From positions 3,289,223 through 3,332,576 of the forward strand of contig NC_057752.1 in the NCBI RefSeq assembly GCF_004010195.1: a stretch of DNA of 43,354 nucleotides. Reading direction: 5' to 3'. Shown here piece after piece: positions 32,882 through 43,354 of the stretch. The notes under the pieces are model-generated. The model was not told the origin of the DNA. It saw only the letters and a list, made by a program, of their open reading frames with translations, and did not search any database. The translations under genes and the position numbers were made by a program. Within the stretch, counting starts at the first letter, position 1. Each line of letters starts with the position of its first letter. The DNA comes from Chiloscyllium plagiosum. Lineage: Eukaryota.

Positions 32882-33134
32882 TTCTATCAACAAACACATT
32901 GACTTGGACCCAATTTACCACGCCCTGAGAAAAACAGTAGGAATTGACATCGACATCAGAAATGACGTCACCACAGGAAATTACATCATGGACCGAAAGA
33001 AACCCAAACATATAAATAGAAAGCAGGAATCATCAGCAGTGCTTCACCTGAGGCTCACTGAAGATGTTACCGAGTAGGGTGACAAAACGTCTGAAAATGA
33101 ACCTTCCAGCTCAGTGAGCAAACCTACATCCAGA
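32882..33134 (+). mobile_element. Third PLE family 3' end with hammerhead and ~12-bp TSD
   Basis: Frame (N)SINKHIDLDPIYHALRK resembles a PLE ORF end; UCA-CUGAAGA-U-GUUACC(gaguag)GGUGAC-AAAA-CGUC/UGA at 33055-33094; GCCATCTTTAAA 32870-32881 vs GCCATTTTTAAA 33135-33146. Confidence 0.75.
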
Positions 33135-33377
33135 GCCATTTTTAAAGTTCGAACGATTCCTCCTGACTCGGTGAAAATCCCGCCCATTGTCTCAGGTTAA
33201 TTTTAGCTCTTAATAAGGACTGGTCGGCAAGACAGGCTAATTATAATTGGACACAAGCTGACAATCGCGCACACAAAATGAAGCATCATTCCTTCTACGC
33301 ATGCAAATAAGACTCTTTTATTTTCAAACCACACCTAAGGGTTTATGCCTCAGCTTAAACGTGCTTATTAAGGCCTT

Positions 33378-33520
33378 GATCAAGATCGAGAGTGTGGTGC
33401 TGGAAAAGCACAGCAGGTCAGGCAGCATCCGAGGAGCAGGAGAATCGACATTTTGGGCATAAGCCCTTCATCAGGAATGAGGCTTGTGGGTCGGGGCTGA
33501 GAGATAAATGGGAGGGGGTT
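33378..33520 (-). mobile_element. PLE family A terminal repeat, decayed hammerhead (33440-33478)
   Basis: Minus strand CTGATGAAGGGCTTATGCCCAAAATGTCGATTCTCC. Confidence 0.8.
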
Positions 33521-33851
33521 GGTGGGTACTTCAAGTAGAACAGCACAGGAGGAGTAAAAAAAAAACAGAATTTAAAGCAGCCCTATTCACATACAGCCCT
33601 ATTAGATGATGGGAAAGACTTTAATAGCTGTGTATTTCATATTTAAATGAAGTGCTTTTATGAAATATTAATAACTGTTATGCCGTAACATGACAGACAG
33701 GTGATCGATAATTAACGATGTGAAACTGACTGCACAGAACACTTGCCTTTCTAAGTACAGCTGGCCTTAGAGCCAACCAAGCAAGTGGAGTCCAAGTTCC
33801 TGTGGTCAAGGGTCAGCGATGCAGGAGATATAAGAGGACAATGCAAATGCA

Positions 33852-34180
33852 TGCATGGCTTGGTGGCTCAGTGGTTAACACTGCTGCCTCACAGTGCTAG
33901 GGACCTGGGTTCAATTCCAGCCTCAAGTGACTGTATGGAGTTTGCACATTCTCCCCGTGTCTGTGTGGGTTTCCTCCGGGTGCTCCAGTTTCCTTCCACA
34001 GTCCAAAGATGTGCAGGTCAGGTGAATTGGCCATGCTAATTTGCCCCATACCGTTCAGGGATATGTAGATTGGTGCATTAGTCAGAGGTGAATGGGTCTG
34101 GGTGGGATACTCTTTGCAGGGTCAGTGTGGACTTGTTGGGCTGAAGGACCTGTTTCCACACTGTAGGGATTCTATGATTC
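33852..34180 (+). mobile_element. HE1-type V-SINE
   Basis: TGGTGGCTCAGTGGTTAACACTGCTGCCTCACAG..CTGTAGGGATTCTATGATTC. Confidence 0.92.
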
Positions 34181-34389
34181 ACTTTGCCACACTTCAAAGC
34201 GCTGGTAGCAAAAGGCTTAGGAATATCGTGAGCTCATTCTTTTCCCATGGTGAAATCACAGGACATCTCTGAGGGGAAGGAAGCAGTTTATTTGTCTTCA
34301 CTTGAAGGATTTAGTGATCATCCATAATGGCCTTTGAGAATGTGGTGGTGAACAAGCCATTCAGAAAGAAATACCCAAGAAAATATATT

Positions 34390-35565
34390 CACTCCTGGGA
34401 TGTGGCTGTCACTGGCTGAGCCATTTATTGCCCTGTCCCTAGTTGCCCCTTGAGAAGGTGGGGGTGAGCTGCCTTCTTGAACCGCTGCAGTCCACCTGCT
34501 CTGGGTTGACCCACAATGCCCTGAGGCAGGGAATTCCAGGATTTTGACCCAGCCACACTGAAGGAACTGCAATGGATTTCCAAGTCAGGATGGTGTGTGG
34601 CTTGGAGGGGAACTTGAAGGTGGTGGTGTTCCCATGTATCTGCTGCCCTTGTCCTTCCAGGTGGAAGTGGTCATGGGTTTGGAAGGTGCTGTCTGAGGAT
34701 CTTTGGTGAATTTCTGCAGTGCATCTTGTAGATGGTACACAATGCTGCTATTGAGGGAGGGGATGCTTGTGGATGTGGTGCCAAACAAGCGGGGGCTGCT
34801 TTGTCCTGGTTGGTGTCGAGCTTCTTGAGTGTTGTAGGAGCTGCCCCCATCCAGGCAAGTGGGGAGTGTTCCATCACACTCCTGACTTGTGCCTTGTAGA
34901 TGGTGGACAGGTTTTGGGGAGTCAGGAGGTGAGTTACTTGCTGCAATAGTCCTAGCCTCCAACCTGCTCTTGGAGCCACTGTGTTTATATGGTGAGTCCA
35001 GTTGAGTTTCTGGTCAATGGTAATCCTCAGAATGTTCTTAGTGGTGGTGGTGGTGGGGGGGGGGGGGGTGGAATTCAGTGACGATAACACCATTGAATGT
35101 TGAGGGGAAGTGGTTACAGTGTCTTTTATTGGTGATGGTCATACCCTGGTGTTTGTGTGGCATGAATGTTACTTGCCACTTGTCAGCCCAAGCCTGGGTA
35201 TTGTCCAGATCTTGTTGCATGTGAACATGGACTGCTTCACTATCTGAGGAGTTGCAACTGGTGCTGAACATTGTGCAACCACCTGTGAACACACCCACTT
35301 CTGACCTTACGATGGAGGAAAGGTCATTGATGAAGCAGCTGGAGATGGTTGGGCCTATCGTAAGCATCTCTTGCAGAGATGTCCTGGAGCTGAGATGACC
35401 GACCTCCAACAACCATGAACATCTTCCTCTGTGCCAGGTATGACTCCAACCAGCGGAGAGTTTACCCCCTGATACGCATTGACTCCAGTTTTTCTCAGGG
35501 CTCCTTGACGCCACACTCAGTCAAATGCAGTCTTGATGTCAGGGGCTGTTACTCTCCCCTCAGTT
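34390..35565 (-). mobile_element. 21185-family LINE, RT domain to 3' end
   Basis: GPTISSCFINDLSSIVRSEVGVFTGGCTMF (decayed FADD motif)..QQDLDNTQAWADKWQVTF..LSTIYKAQVRSVMEHSPLAW. Confidence 0.92.
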
Positions 35566-36146
35566 GTAAGCAGTGCATACTGGTCAAAGTTGCTTTATGT
35601 GCCACACAGCAGTGCTCCAGTGTCACCAGTACATACATTTCCAAGTGTTGTTGTTCTCTTACGGGTTTGCTCCTCTGGGGTCCTCGAACCACAGCAGTCC
35701 TTGTGGTGGTTGGGAGGGAGCTCTGTGGTTGTGACTTAGCAATCTGAAGCTTCATTCAATTGTCTCAAAAGATAAATTATATCTCGAAATACTTACACGA
35801 CTGCCTTCAAATTCAAGTATACTTGAAGCAGGCTACTCTCGTTGATTGTAGAGAGAGGAACAGAGTTAATGTTTCAGCTACTCTTGCACCTTGATGTGAT
35901 TGGTATCCTCCTAACTATGTAAGATAAAGGATATGCAGCAAATGCATTGAAGATGGGGCGTTTAAGAGTCAGTGGAGGCCGGGCCAGGTAGGAATGGACA
36001 GTGGAAGGTAGTTTAGTCGATTTTGACATGAAAAGGTAGCAAATTAAGTCATATTCATCAGCAAAGATCGAACAGACTGGGACTCTTTTCTCTATAAGTA
36101 GGAAGACTGATGGGTGGCCTGCAAAATGCCCCCTTTTGGTGTGGAG

Positions 36147-36975
36147 TGTTATGATCCAAGCTGACGTTAATACAGGGCAAGTCATGATCTTGACATTTTG
36201 GTTTTTATTTTGGCTTTACTGAGCTGGGTCTTTCACTAAGACACAAGCACACAATGCTACACAATCCAGCCTGACTAGTAAACCAGAGGTTTATTATACC
36301 AAAGAGGTGAAGGTAAACCAGAATAAACCAAACTACTTGCAGAGAACATAAATATAATGATTATGAAACACATGGTAAAATACAATCCCCATTAATCACA
36401 AAAGCACTCCTTCAGAGTACAAACACCAAAGAGAGTCCTTTCTCTTTCACATCTATCGGGCTTAATTCCCCATGTTCCGAAACTGATATCCTCTTCCTGG
36501 AGCCTTCATACAACTGAGCTTAGACTTGCTTTGCTTCAGGGCTGTAACCAAATACTTCTGGCCTGGAACTTTCAAACTAAATGCTTTAGACTGAGGCAAT
36601 GTAATTCTTAAAACTCCTAGTCTACCTTCCTTTTTCAGAAGTAAATGTTTTATATATCCAGCTTCAGTCAAAACACCTAAAAAACTGCCCAAATGGAAAG
36701 TAAAAGCTTTTTCAGTCAAGCTGTGGCTGTCTGCCCTAAGCCCAAAAAAGTCCTGCATCTTCTATCTGTTTTCTCACAAAAACCTCGCAATGTAAACAAA
36801 TTCCCTTCAGCCTCCCAAACTATCTCCCTGACTATTCTTTTTTTAAAAAATCACCCTGTCTACAGAAATACCTTGCAGGTCAAGCATTAAACACCTTCAG
36901 AAAACCCATATGCCACTAGTTCTAAAATGCAAAATCTATTATCTCAAAATATATATAAATTGCACATCTTACATC
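36147..36975. mobile_element. Possible LTR-like repeat
   Basis: Starts TGTTATGA, internal TTTATT, LTR-like composition; no right end or TSD identified. Confidence 0.3.
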
Positions 36976-38033
36976 ATGTTAGATTTCGAGATGCTTCCAC
37001 ACGTGGGGAATTAAATCTCGAGGGCATCAATACAGGTTACTCATTAATAAATCCAACAGGAAATTCAAGAGATAAATCTTTACCCAGAAAATGGAACTTA
37101 CTACCATAATGAGTGGTTAAAGCGAAGAACACGGATAAGGAAGCTGGATAGACAGATTCGGGAAAAAGAAACAGGATATATCATGGGCTCGGAGACCAGA
37201 ACACCAGTAACGTTGAGTCTGTTTCTGAGCTGTGAATGCAGAGTAATTTCTGATCACCTTGCACAAGTCAACCTTCCTGATGGAATCTATCCCCTGAGAT
37301 TCCCTTTTCTATATTAGCTGAAGGATGCTTGTGCCGTTACTCATCGAATAGTAAATGTCTTGACATTTATTGCAGTAGATTTGAAGTCATTAAACATCTC
37401 AAATATGTGTACCACCTGGCCAGCAGAGGTTTGATTGACAAGTGGCATGCAGCCTGGGAAGCTCTTCTGAGTGGGAGAGTGTGTGATTTACTTCAGACGA
37501 GGAAATTCCTTCCTTTTCACCACTCACTAGCACAATCAGAGTCTCGGTTACTTTGTACAAGAATTTGCATGCTTTTGGCACTGGATTATGCAAATGTTGA
37601 TCAATTGTAACAGGTAAACGGCTGTCAAACTTAAGTAGTGCAAAGGGGTAGTGCATTGTTACCATCCTATGCCAACTAACAATTTTGTTCATTCATCCAC
37701 ATATCGCTGTATGTCTGGATTGATAGGACCCCTACAGTGCAGAAAGAAGCTATTCAGCCAATCAAGTCCACACTGACCCTCCGAAGAGAATCTCTTCCCA
37801 TCTCCAGCACCACTCTAACCTTGATTCTCATCTGCAAATAGCTTCAGTTGAATGACCTTGTGTAGAAAATCAGTGTGTGGGGCGTGCCAGTGAACTGAGG
37901 ACCATTCCTGAAGGAATGGGATATTACACAAAGCAGGCTCCAAGTTTCATAAACTCTCTGCCGATCCTTTAATCTGCAAACAAATACATTTCTATTATTT
38001 ACTGTGTGTTTTTGTATCGATTATGGGGACCTC

Positions 38034-38350
38034 AGAGAATCCTTACAGTGGGGAAATAGGCCATTTGGCCCAACAAGTGCCCACCAACTCACTGAAGAGC
38101 GTCCCACTCAGACTCACCCCTCTATAACCCTGCATCTCCCCTGGCTAATCCACCCTAACCTACACAGCCCTGGACACCATGGGGTAATTTAGCATGGCCA
38201 ATCCACCCTAATCTGCATGTTGTCCGCCTGTGGGAGGAATCTCACGGGAGGAATGCGCAAACTCCACACAGTCACCTGAGGGTGGAATTGAACCTGGATC
38301 CCTGGTGCTGTGAGGCAGCCATGCTAACCACTGAGCCACCGTGCCACCCC
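38034..38350 (-). mobile_element. HE1-type V-SINE
   Basis: GAGGCAGCCATGCTAACCACTGAGCCACCGTGCCACCCC head; AGAATCCTTACAGTG tail. Confidence 0.9.
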
Positions 38351-38619
38351 ATAAGTTTGCACGCTTATGCCAGTGACCACTGGAAATGATAACAACATTC
38401 CTCTTTTCCAGCACTTCCAAGTTATCGATAGATATGGAATTTTCTTATGTCCCTGCAGAATTCTTCACCCGGAACAAAAATGAGAATGTGCCAATCAACG
38501 AACTGATGTTTGAATACAGAACTAATCGGTTGCATTACTTAACATTCTGTGTTCCTGCGTTCAATTAACGGATTGAATTTGAACTTGGACTGTCTCAGAG
38601 GTGCCATGAATAGTTCCAA

Positions 38620-38900
38620 AGAGTACGCAGGGACAGTGGGACCATGTGCACAGAACTTTAAAGGTGGTTGGACATACTGAGAGAGTGGTCAACAAGGCAT
38701 CTCAGGATTTACAAATAGAGATACCAAGTACAAAAGCCAGGGATGTTATGCTGAGCCAGTATAAATCGAGGGTTAGGCCCCAATGGAACTGTTGCGTCCA
38801 GTTTCAGAGACCACACTTTTGTGAGGATGTGAGGGTTCCTGACAGGGTGCAGAGATTGACCACAACAATTCCAGGGACGAGAGCACAAAGGTTATGTTGG
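38620..38900 (+). mobile_element. Old CR1 fragment
   Basis: VHRTLKVVGHTERVVNKA..VMLSQYKSRVRPQWNCCVQFQRPHF..RVQR. Confidence 0.8.
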
Positions 38901-39014
38901 ACAATCCGGGGTGATTCCTTTTGGATCAAAGGAAGCCGAGGGGAAATTATCACAGGTTGAGATAAGGCAGACCAAGAAAAACCGCTTCCATGGTGTAAGG
39001 ACTAGCAGACTAGG

Positions 39015-39918
39015 CTTGAAAATTTGGAGGGATAGGTAGCATTGAGGAGGCGGGGAGGCTGCAGAAGGATTTGGACAGGTTAGGAGAGCGGGCAAAGAAG
39101 TGGCCGATGGAGTACAACATGGGAAGGTGTGAGGTCATGTGCTTTGGTAGAAAGAATACAGGCATGGACTATTTTCCAAATGGGGAGAGAATTCAGAAAT
39201 CTGAAGTGCAAAGAGACTTAAGGGTCCTAGTCCAGGTTTCTCTCAAGGTAAACTTGCAGGTTGAGTTGATAGTTAGGAAGGCCAAACGCAATGTTGTCAT
39301 TCATTTCGAGAAGACTAGAGTATAAAAGCAAGGGTGTACTTCTGAGGCTCTATAAGGCTCAGGTCATACCACATTTAGAGAATTGAGAGCAGTTTTGACC
39401 CCCATATCTCAGGAAGGATGTATTGGCCCTGGAGCGGGTCCAGAGGAGGTTCATGGGAATGATCCCAGGAATGAAAGGATTAACATATGAGGAATGTTTG
39501 AAGACTCTGGAACTATACTCGATGGAGTTTAGAAGGACGAGGGGGGATCTGATTGAAACTTTTAGAATACTGAACGGCCTGGACAGAGTGGATATTGGGA
39601 AGATGTTTCCATTGGCAGGAGAGATGAGGACCCAAGGGCACAGCCTTAGAGTAAAGGGAAGTCCCTTTAGAACGGAGATAAGATAAACTTCTTTTGCCAG
39701 AGAATGGTAAATCTGTGGAATTCTTGCCACAGAAGGCTGTGGAGGCCAGGCCATTGGGTATATTTAAAACAAAGATATGCAAGTTCTTGACTGCCAAGGG
39801 GATTGAAGGTTATGGGGAGAAAATGTGAAAATAGGATTGAAAAACTTATCAGGCATGATTGAATGGCGGAGCAGACTCGATGGCCTAATTTCTGCTCCTT
39901 TGTCTTATGGTCTCATGG
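39015..39918 (+). mobile_element. CR1 LINE, RT C-terminus to 3' end
   Basis: LQKDLDRLGERAKKWPMEYNMGRCEVMCFG..ALERVQRRFMGMIPGMKGLTYEECL..RGDLIETFRILNGLDRVD; tail TCTTATGGTCTCATGG. Confidence 0.95.
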
Positions 39919-40183
39919 CAAGAGGTGCAAGGGATGGTGTGAAGAAGAAATATCTTTTATGCAGTGAGTGGAAACAACCTGCTGTCTATGAGGACTGTGG
40001 CCACAAACACCATGAATGACTTCAAAAGGAAATGGGACAGCCACTTGAGGGAGATAAACCTACAGGGTGACAGGGATAGAGCGGGGTGGGAGTGGAATCG
40101 GAGTGACTGGGGAGAGGTGACATGGACTCCATTGGCATAATGGCCTCTTCCTGTGCAGTTATGACAAATACTAGTTGCTCAGT

Positions 40184-40536
40184 AGGGGTGGCATGGTGAC
40201 CCAGTAGTTAACACTGCTGCCTCACAATGCCAGGGACCTGGGCTTGATTTCACGCTCAGGCAACTGTCTGTGTGGAGTTTGCACATTTTCCCTGTGTCTG
40301 TGTGGGTTTCCTCTGGGTGCTCCGGTTTCCTCCCACAATCCAAAGGTGTGCAGGTTTAGGGTGGATTGGCCATGTTAAATTGCATCATAGTGTTCAGGAA
40401 TATGTAGGTTAGGGTGTGTTAATCAGGGTTAAATGGAGGATAATAGAGTAGGGGAATGGTTCTGGGTGGGTTACTTTTTGGAGAGTCGGAGCTGGGCCGA
40501 ACAGCCTGTTTCCACACTGTAGGGATTCTATGATTC
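40184..40536 (+). mobile_element. HE1-type V-SINE
   Basis: GGGGTGGCATGGTGACCCAGTAGTTAACAC..CTGTAGGGATTCTATGATTC. Confidence 0.92.
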
Positions 40537-41375
40537 AGTCAACAAAATCATGATTGCCAGCTCTCTCTCCCCATTTCCCCTTCTCCTTTTATACTCCTCT
40601 CTCCACTTGGATCTCTCATCCAAGTATTTATCCTCAATTTCTGTGTTCAAGTGAGATTGGGGTTCCCAACTCCACTGGGGCATATTCCTGAAGATTTCGT
40701 CACGGAGACTTCTGTCTCCAGTCAACAGGTTTTCGTTCCCACAACTGTCTGATTCAGCGTTCTCAGAATGCAAGCATTGAAAGCAAACGAAAGCAAGCTG
40801 CTTTTCATGCCGCTGTGGTTTTTGTCCCAAGTTTGGCTTGTAGCAATGCCCGGGAGATTCATCTTGGAATCTCTCAGAGAATCCACGAGTAATCCTGGAG
40901 GGTTTCGCAAGCTTCAGAAAGATTCTGCATTGTCAAAGGAGCGTCCGGATGTGAGCTTCATCGTTGCTCGCTTTGTCAGACTAATCAAAATCAAACCCCC
41001 CTCCGCCAGGAGAGCCGACTGTGCTCCAGTTCAGACATCATCTGAAATTGTCTCAAAGTGGTCATCAACACCTCCATGAAATGTCTGCCCCATTTCAATC
41101 AACCATTTCTGATTGCAGATTGCTCACTCGTTCTGTCTCTCCTTTGTACTACTTTCAAGAGAGGTGAGGAAAAGATAGCAGTCAAGTCTAAAGGAGCAAG
41201 TGCGGGCTCGTCACTTTCCAACCTTGGAGAGGAGCGCTGGGCAGGCATCCAGGAGGAACCTGTTGGACGGACATGCGGTTTTGTCCGGTCTGGGAAACGC
41301 ACACCCCACTTTGGCAAACCATGTGAGAGCTGGTATCATTCAGTCGCTACCAGTTTACAGATTCCCGGTGGTGCA

Positions 41376-41594
41376 CAGTAGAACCTCGATTATCCGAATG
41401 AGAGTAAACAAGCGAAAATGTTTGAGTTCCGGTTATCCAAACATCTCTTGGTTATTGGGAAATGCACACCATAATGTTATTGAACCAATAACTGAATGCT
41501 GAGTTGCCTAATACCGTTTTTACGGGATCGAGAGATCTTGCTCGGACGGTCCAAGATTTGGACAATTGATGTCCGGATAATCGAGGTTGTACCG
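41376..41594. mobile_element. Tigger/pogo-type MITE
   Basis: TIRs CAGTAGAACCTCGATTATCCG and CGGATAATCGAGGTTGTACCG (19/21 match); TA follows the right end, CA precedes the left. Confidence 0.85.
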
Positions 41595-42149
41595 TACACC
41601 AGACATGAGAGTCACTCAACAAGAGCGGGACGGAATGACAAAAGGGAGCTAAAATCCTCCTGAATTAATACAAGACACAAGGGAAAACTACCTGGGCTTG
41701 ATCTGTAATCCTGATGAGGAGATTAATCCTGGGAGAGGAGGCATGCGGTGTTGGAGAGAGAGACAGCACAATTCCCTGGATCATCTTTGGCGGGGCAGAG
41801 GGAGGGCGAAGGGTCACCAGGGATCATTCAAGCCAACTGAAAGGGGGCAGTCTAGGCTGCATGGATAGGTCTCCCAGCAGGAGATCAGGAAGGGGGCATC
41901 GAGGCAGAAGAGTGGGGATGACAGAGGGGAGAGGTTGAGAGCGAGAGCCAGCACTCCAGGCTGGTGCTGAGGTCCTCTCTGCCTGTGAGTGCAGGAGCAG
42001 GCTGGCCCCTGCTCACCCCTCCTCAACACTGATGGCCCACTTGCAAAGGTTATTGCTTTCATTTAAAGTTTTAGATCGTTGGAGAGCAATTACCTCTGTT
42101 CGGAAGTGCCCTCTCCCTTTCATACCCTCTCCGTCCACTTCAGAAGTGC

Positions 42150-42388
42150 CCTACACACTCACCAACAGGTTCAGGAACAGCTTCTTCCCAGTCGTTATTA
42201 GACCGATGAATGGACTCTCTCACTTCAAATAATGTTGATCTTCCTTTGCGCACCTGCTGTGCAGTGTAACCTTGTCTGCCTCACTCTGTCTAAGCACCCG
42301 ATGATCTGTATGTCCTTGCTTGCCATGATCTGCCTGTACTGCTCACAAACAAAGCTTTTCACTGTACTTAGGTACAATAAATCAAATC
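42150..42388 (+). mobile_element. Rex1/Babar-like LINE 3' end
   Basis: TLTNRFRNSFFPVVIRPMN ORF terminus; tail AATAAATCAAATC. Confidence 0.75.
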
Positions 42389-42694
42389 ATTATCAGCCCT
42401 GAGGTGCACTCTCAAATGGCCTGCTACTCTTTTCAAGATGGAAGGCTTGATTTGAGCTTTGGTCAAAGGGTCCTGAGTTAGACACAAAGCCTGGTCTCTG
42501 CCTGGTCATTGGCCAGTGTGGGGAATGTGGCTAGCTCCCTACCCACTGTGGGAGCCCCATTTTGATTGATATTGGGCGTCCAATGACTGTCCTTTGACAG
42601 AACAAGGGGTGGGGACTTGGAATATACTGCCTGCTTGGGCAGTCAATATAAATTCAGTCATTCCCCTTAATACTGGAAGGAGCAAAATTACTGT

Positions 42695-43083
42695 GATAAA
42701 AGGCATCTGGATGGGGACATGGGTCGGAAGGGTTTAGAGGGATATGGGCCAAGTGCTGGCAAATGGGACTGGATTAATTTAGGGCATCCAAGGTGAATAT
42801 AGGAGGTATAGTAAGTAAGTTTGCAGACTGACACCAAAATTGGAGGTGTAGTGGACAGAGAAGAAGGTTACCTCAAATTACAACGAGATCTTGATCAGAT
42901 GGGCCAATGGGTGGCAGATAGAGTTTAATTTAGATAAATGCGAGGAGTTGCATTTGGGAAAGCAAATCTTAGCAGGTAAGGTCCTAGGGACTGTTGCTAA
43001 ACAAAGACAACTTGGAGTGCAGGTTCATAGTTCCTTGAAAGTAGAGTCGCGGGTAGACAGGATAGTGAAGAAGGCGTTTGGTA
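42695..43083 (+). mobile_element. Two CR1 fragments (3' piece, then RT piece)
   Basis: AAAAGGCATCTGGATGGG..; SKFADDTK-like AGTAAGTTTGCAGACTGACACCAAAAT; WQIEFNLDKCEELHLG. Confidence 0.88.
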
Positions 43084-43354
43084 TAGAACATAGAACATAG
43101 AACAATACAGCACAGAACAGGCCCTTCGGCCCACGATGTTGTGCCGAACATTTGTCCTAGCTTAAGCACCCATCCATGTACCTATCCAATTGTCGCTTAA
43201 AGGTCACCAAAGATTCTGACTCTACCACTCCCACAGGCCCCATGCCCCCACCACTCTCTGGGTAAAGAACCCACCCCTGACATCTCCCCTATACCTTCCA
43301 CCCTTCACCTTAAATTTATGTCCCCTTGTAAAACTCTGTTGCACCCGGGGAAAA
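43084..43354 (-). mobile_element. CR1 3' end with (TGTTCTA)3 tail, continuing past the window
   Basis: TAGAACATAGAACATAGAACAATACAGCACAGAACAGGCCCTTCGG. Confidence 0.9.

Noticed and set aside
35038..35070. Poly-His/poly-Pro peptide
   Set aside because: (GTG)n plus G-run microsatellite within a dead LINE

Overview
Repeat-dense, non-coding (intronic or intergenic) vertebrate DNA, almost certainly from a cartilaginous fish. The HE1-type V-SINEs, HER1/CR1 LINEs and SacSINE1-like DeuSINEs point to a shark, probably a carpet or bamboo shark (inference). No host protein-coding exon can be supported. Most long ORFs are LINE RT remnants, antisense SINE frames or translated minisatellites. Main signal: about a dozen minimal hammerhead-ribozyme motifs (CUGANGA-stem II-GAAA-palindromic 4-nt stem III-UH) from at least three Penelope-like element (PLE) families. 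Three have an intact core and pairing stem I (4699-4735, 5639-5673, 31846-31887), and stem II covaries between copies. Two are physically linked to PLE endonuclease-end remnants. Three insertions are short, non-coding, inverted (fold-back) cassettes bounded by 12-15 bp target-site duplications, two of them carrying a ribozyme on each strand. Also present: three V-SINEs whose 53-bp TTAGGG-containing internal unit has expanded into minisatellites, a solo LTR, a Tigger/pogo-type MITE, a 14-bp CCAAT/CAAGTG array, a 28-bp TAATTA array, and unique AT-rich blocks that look like developmental enhancers. Coordinates of degraded repeats are approximate (read by eye).
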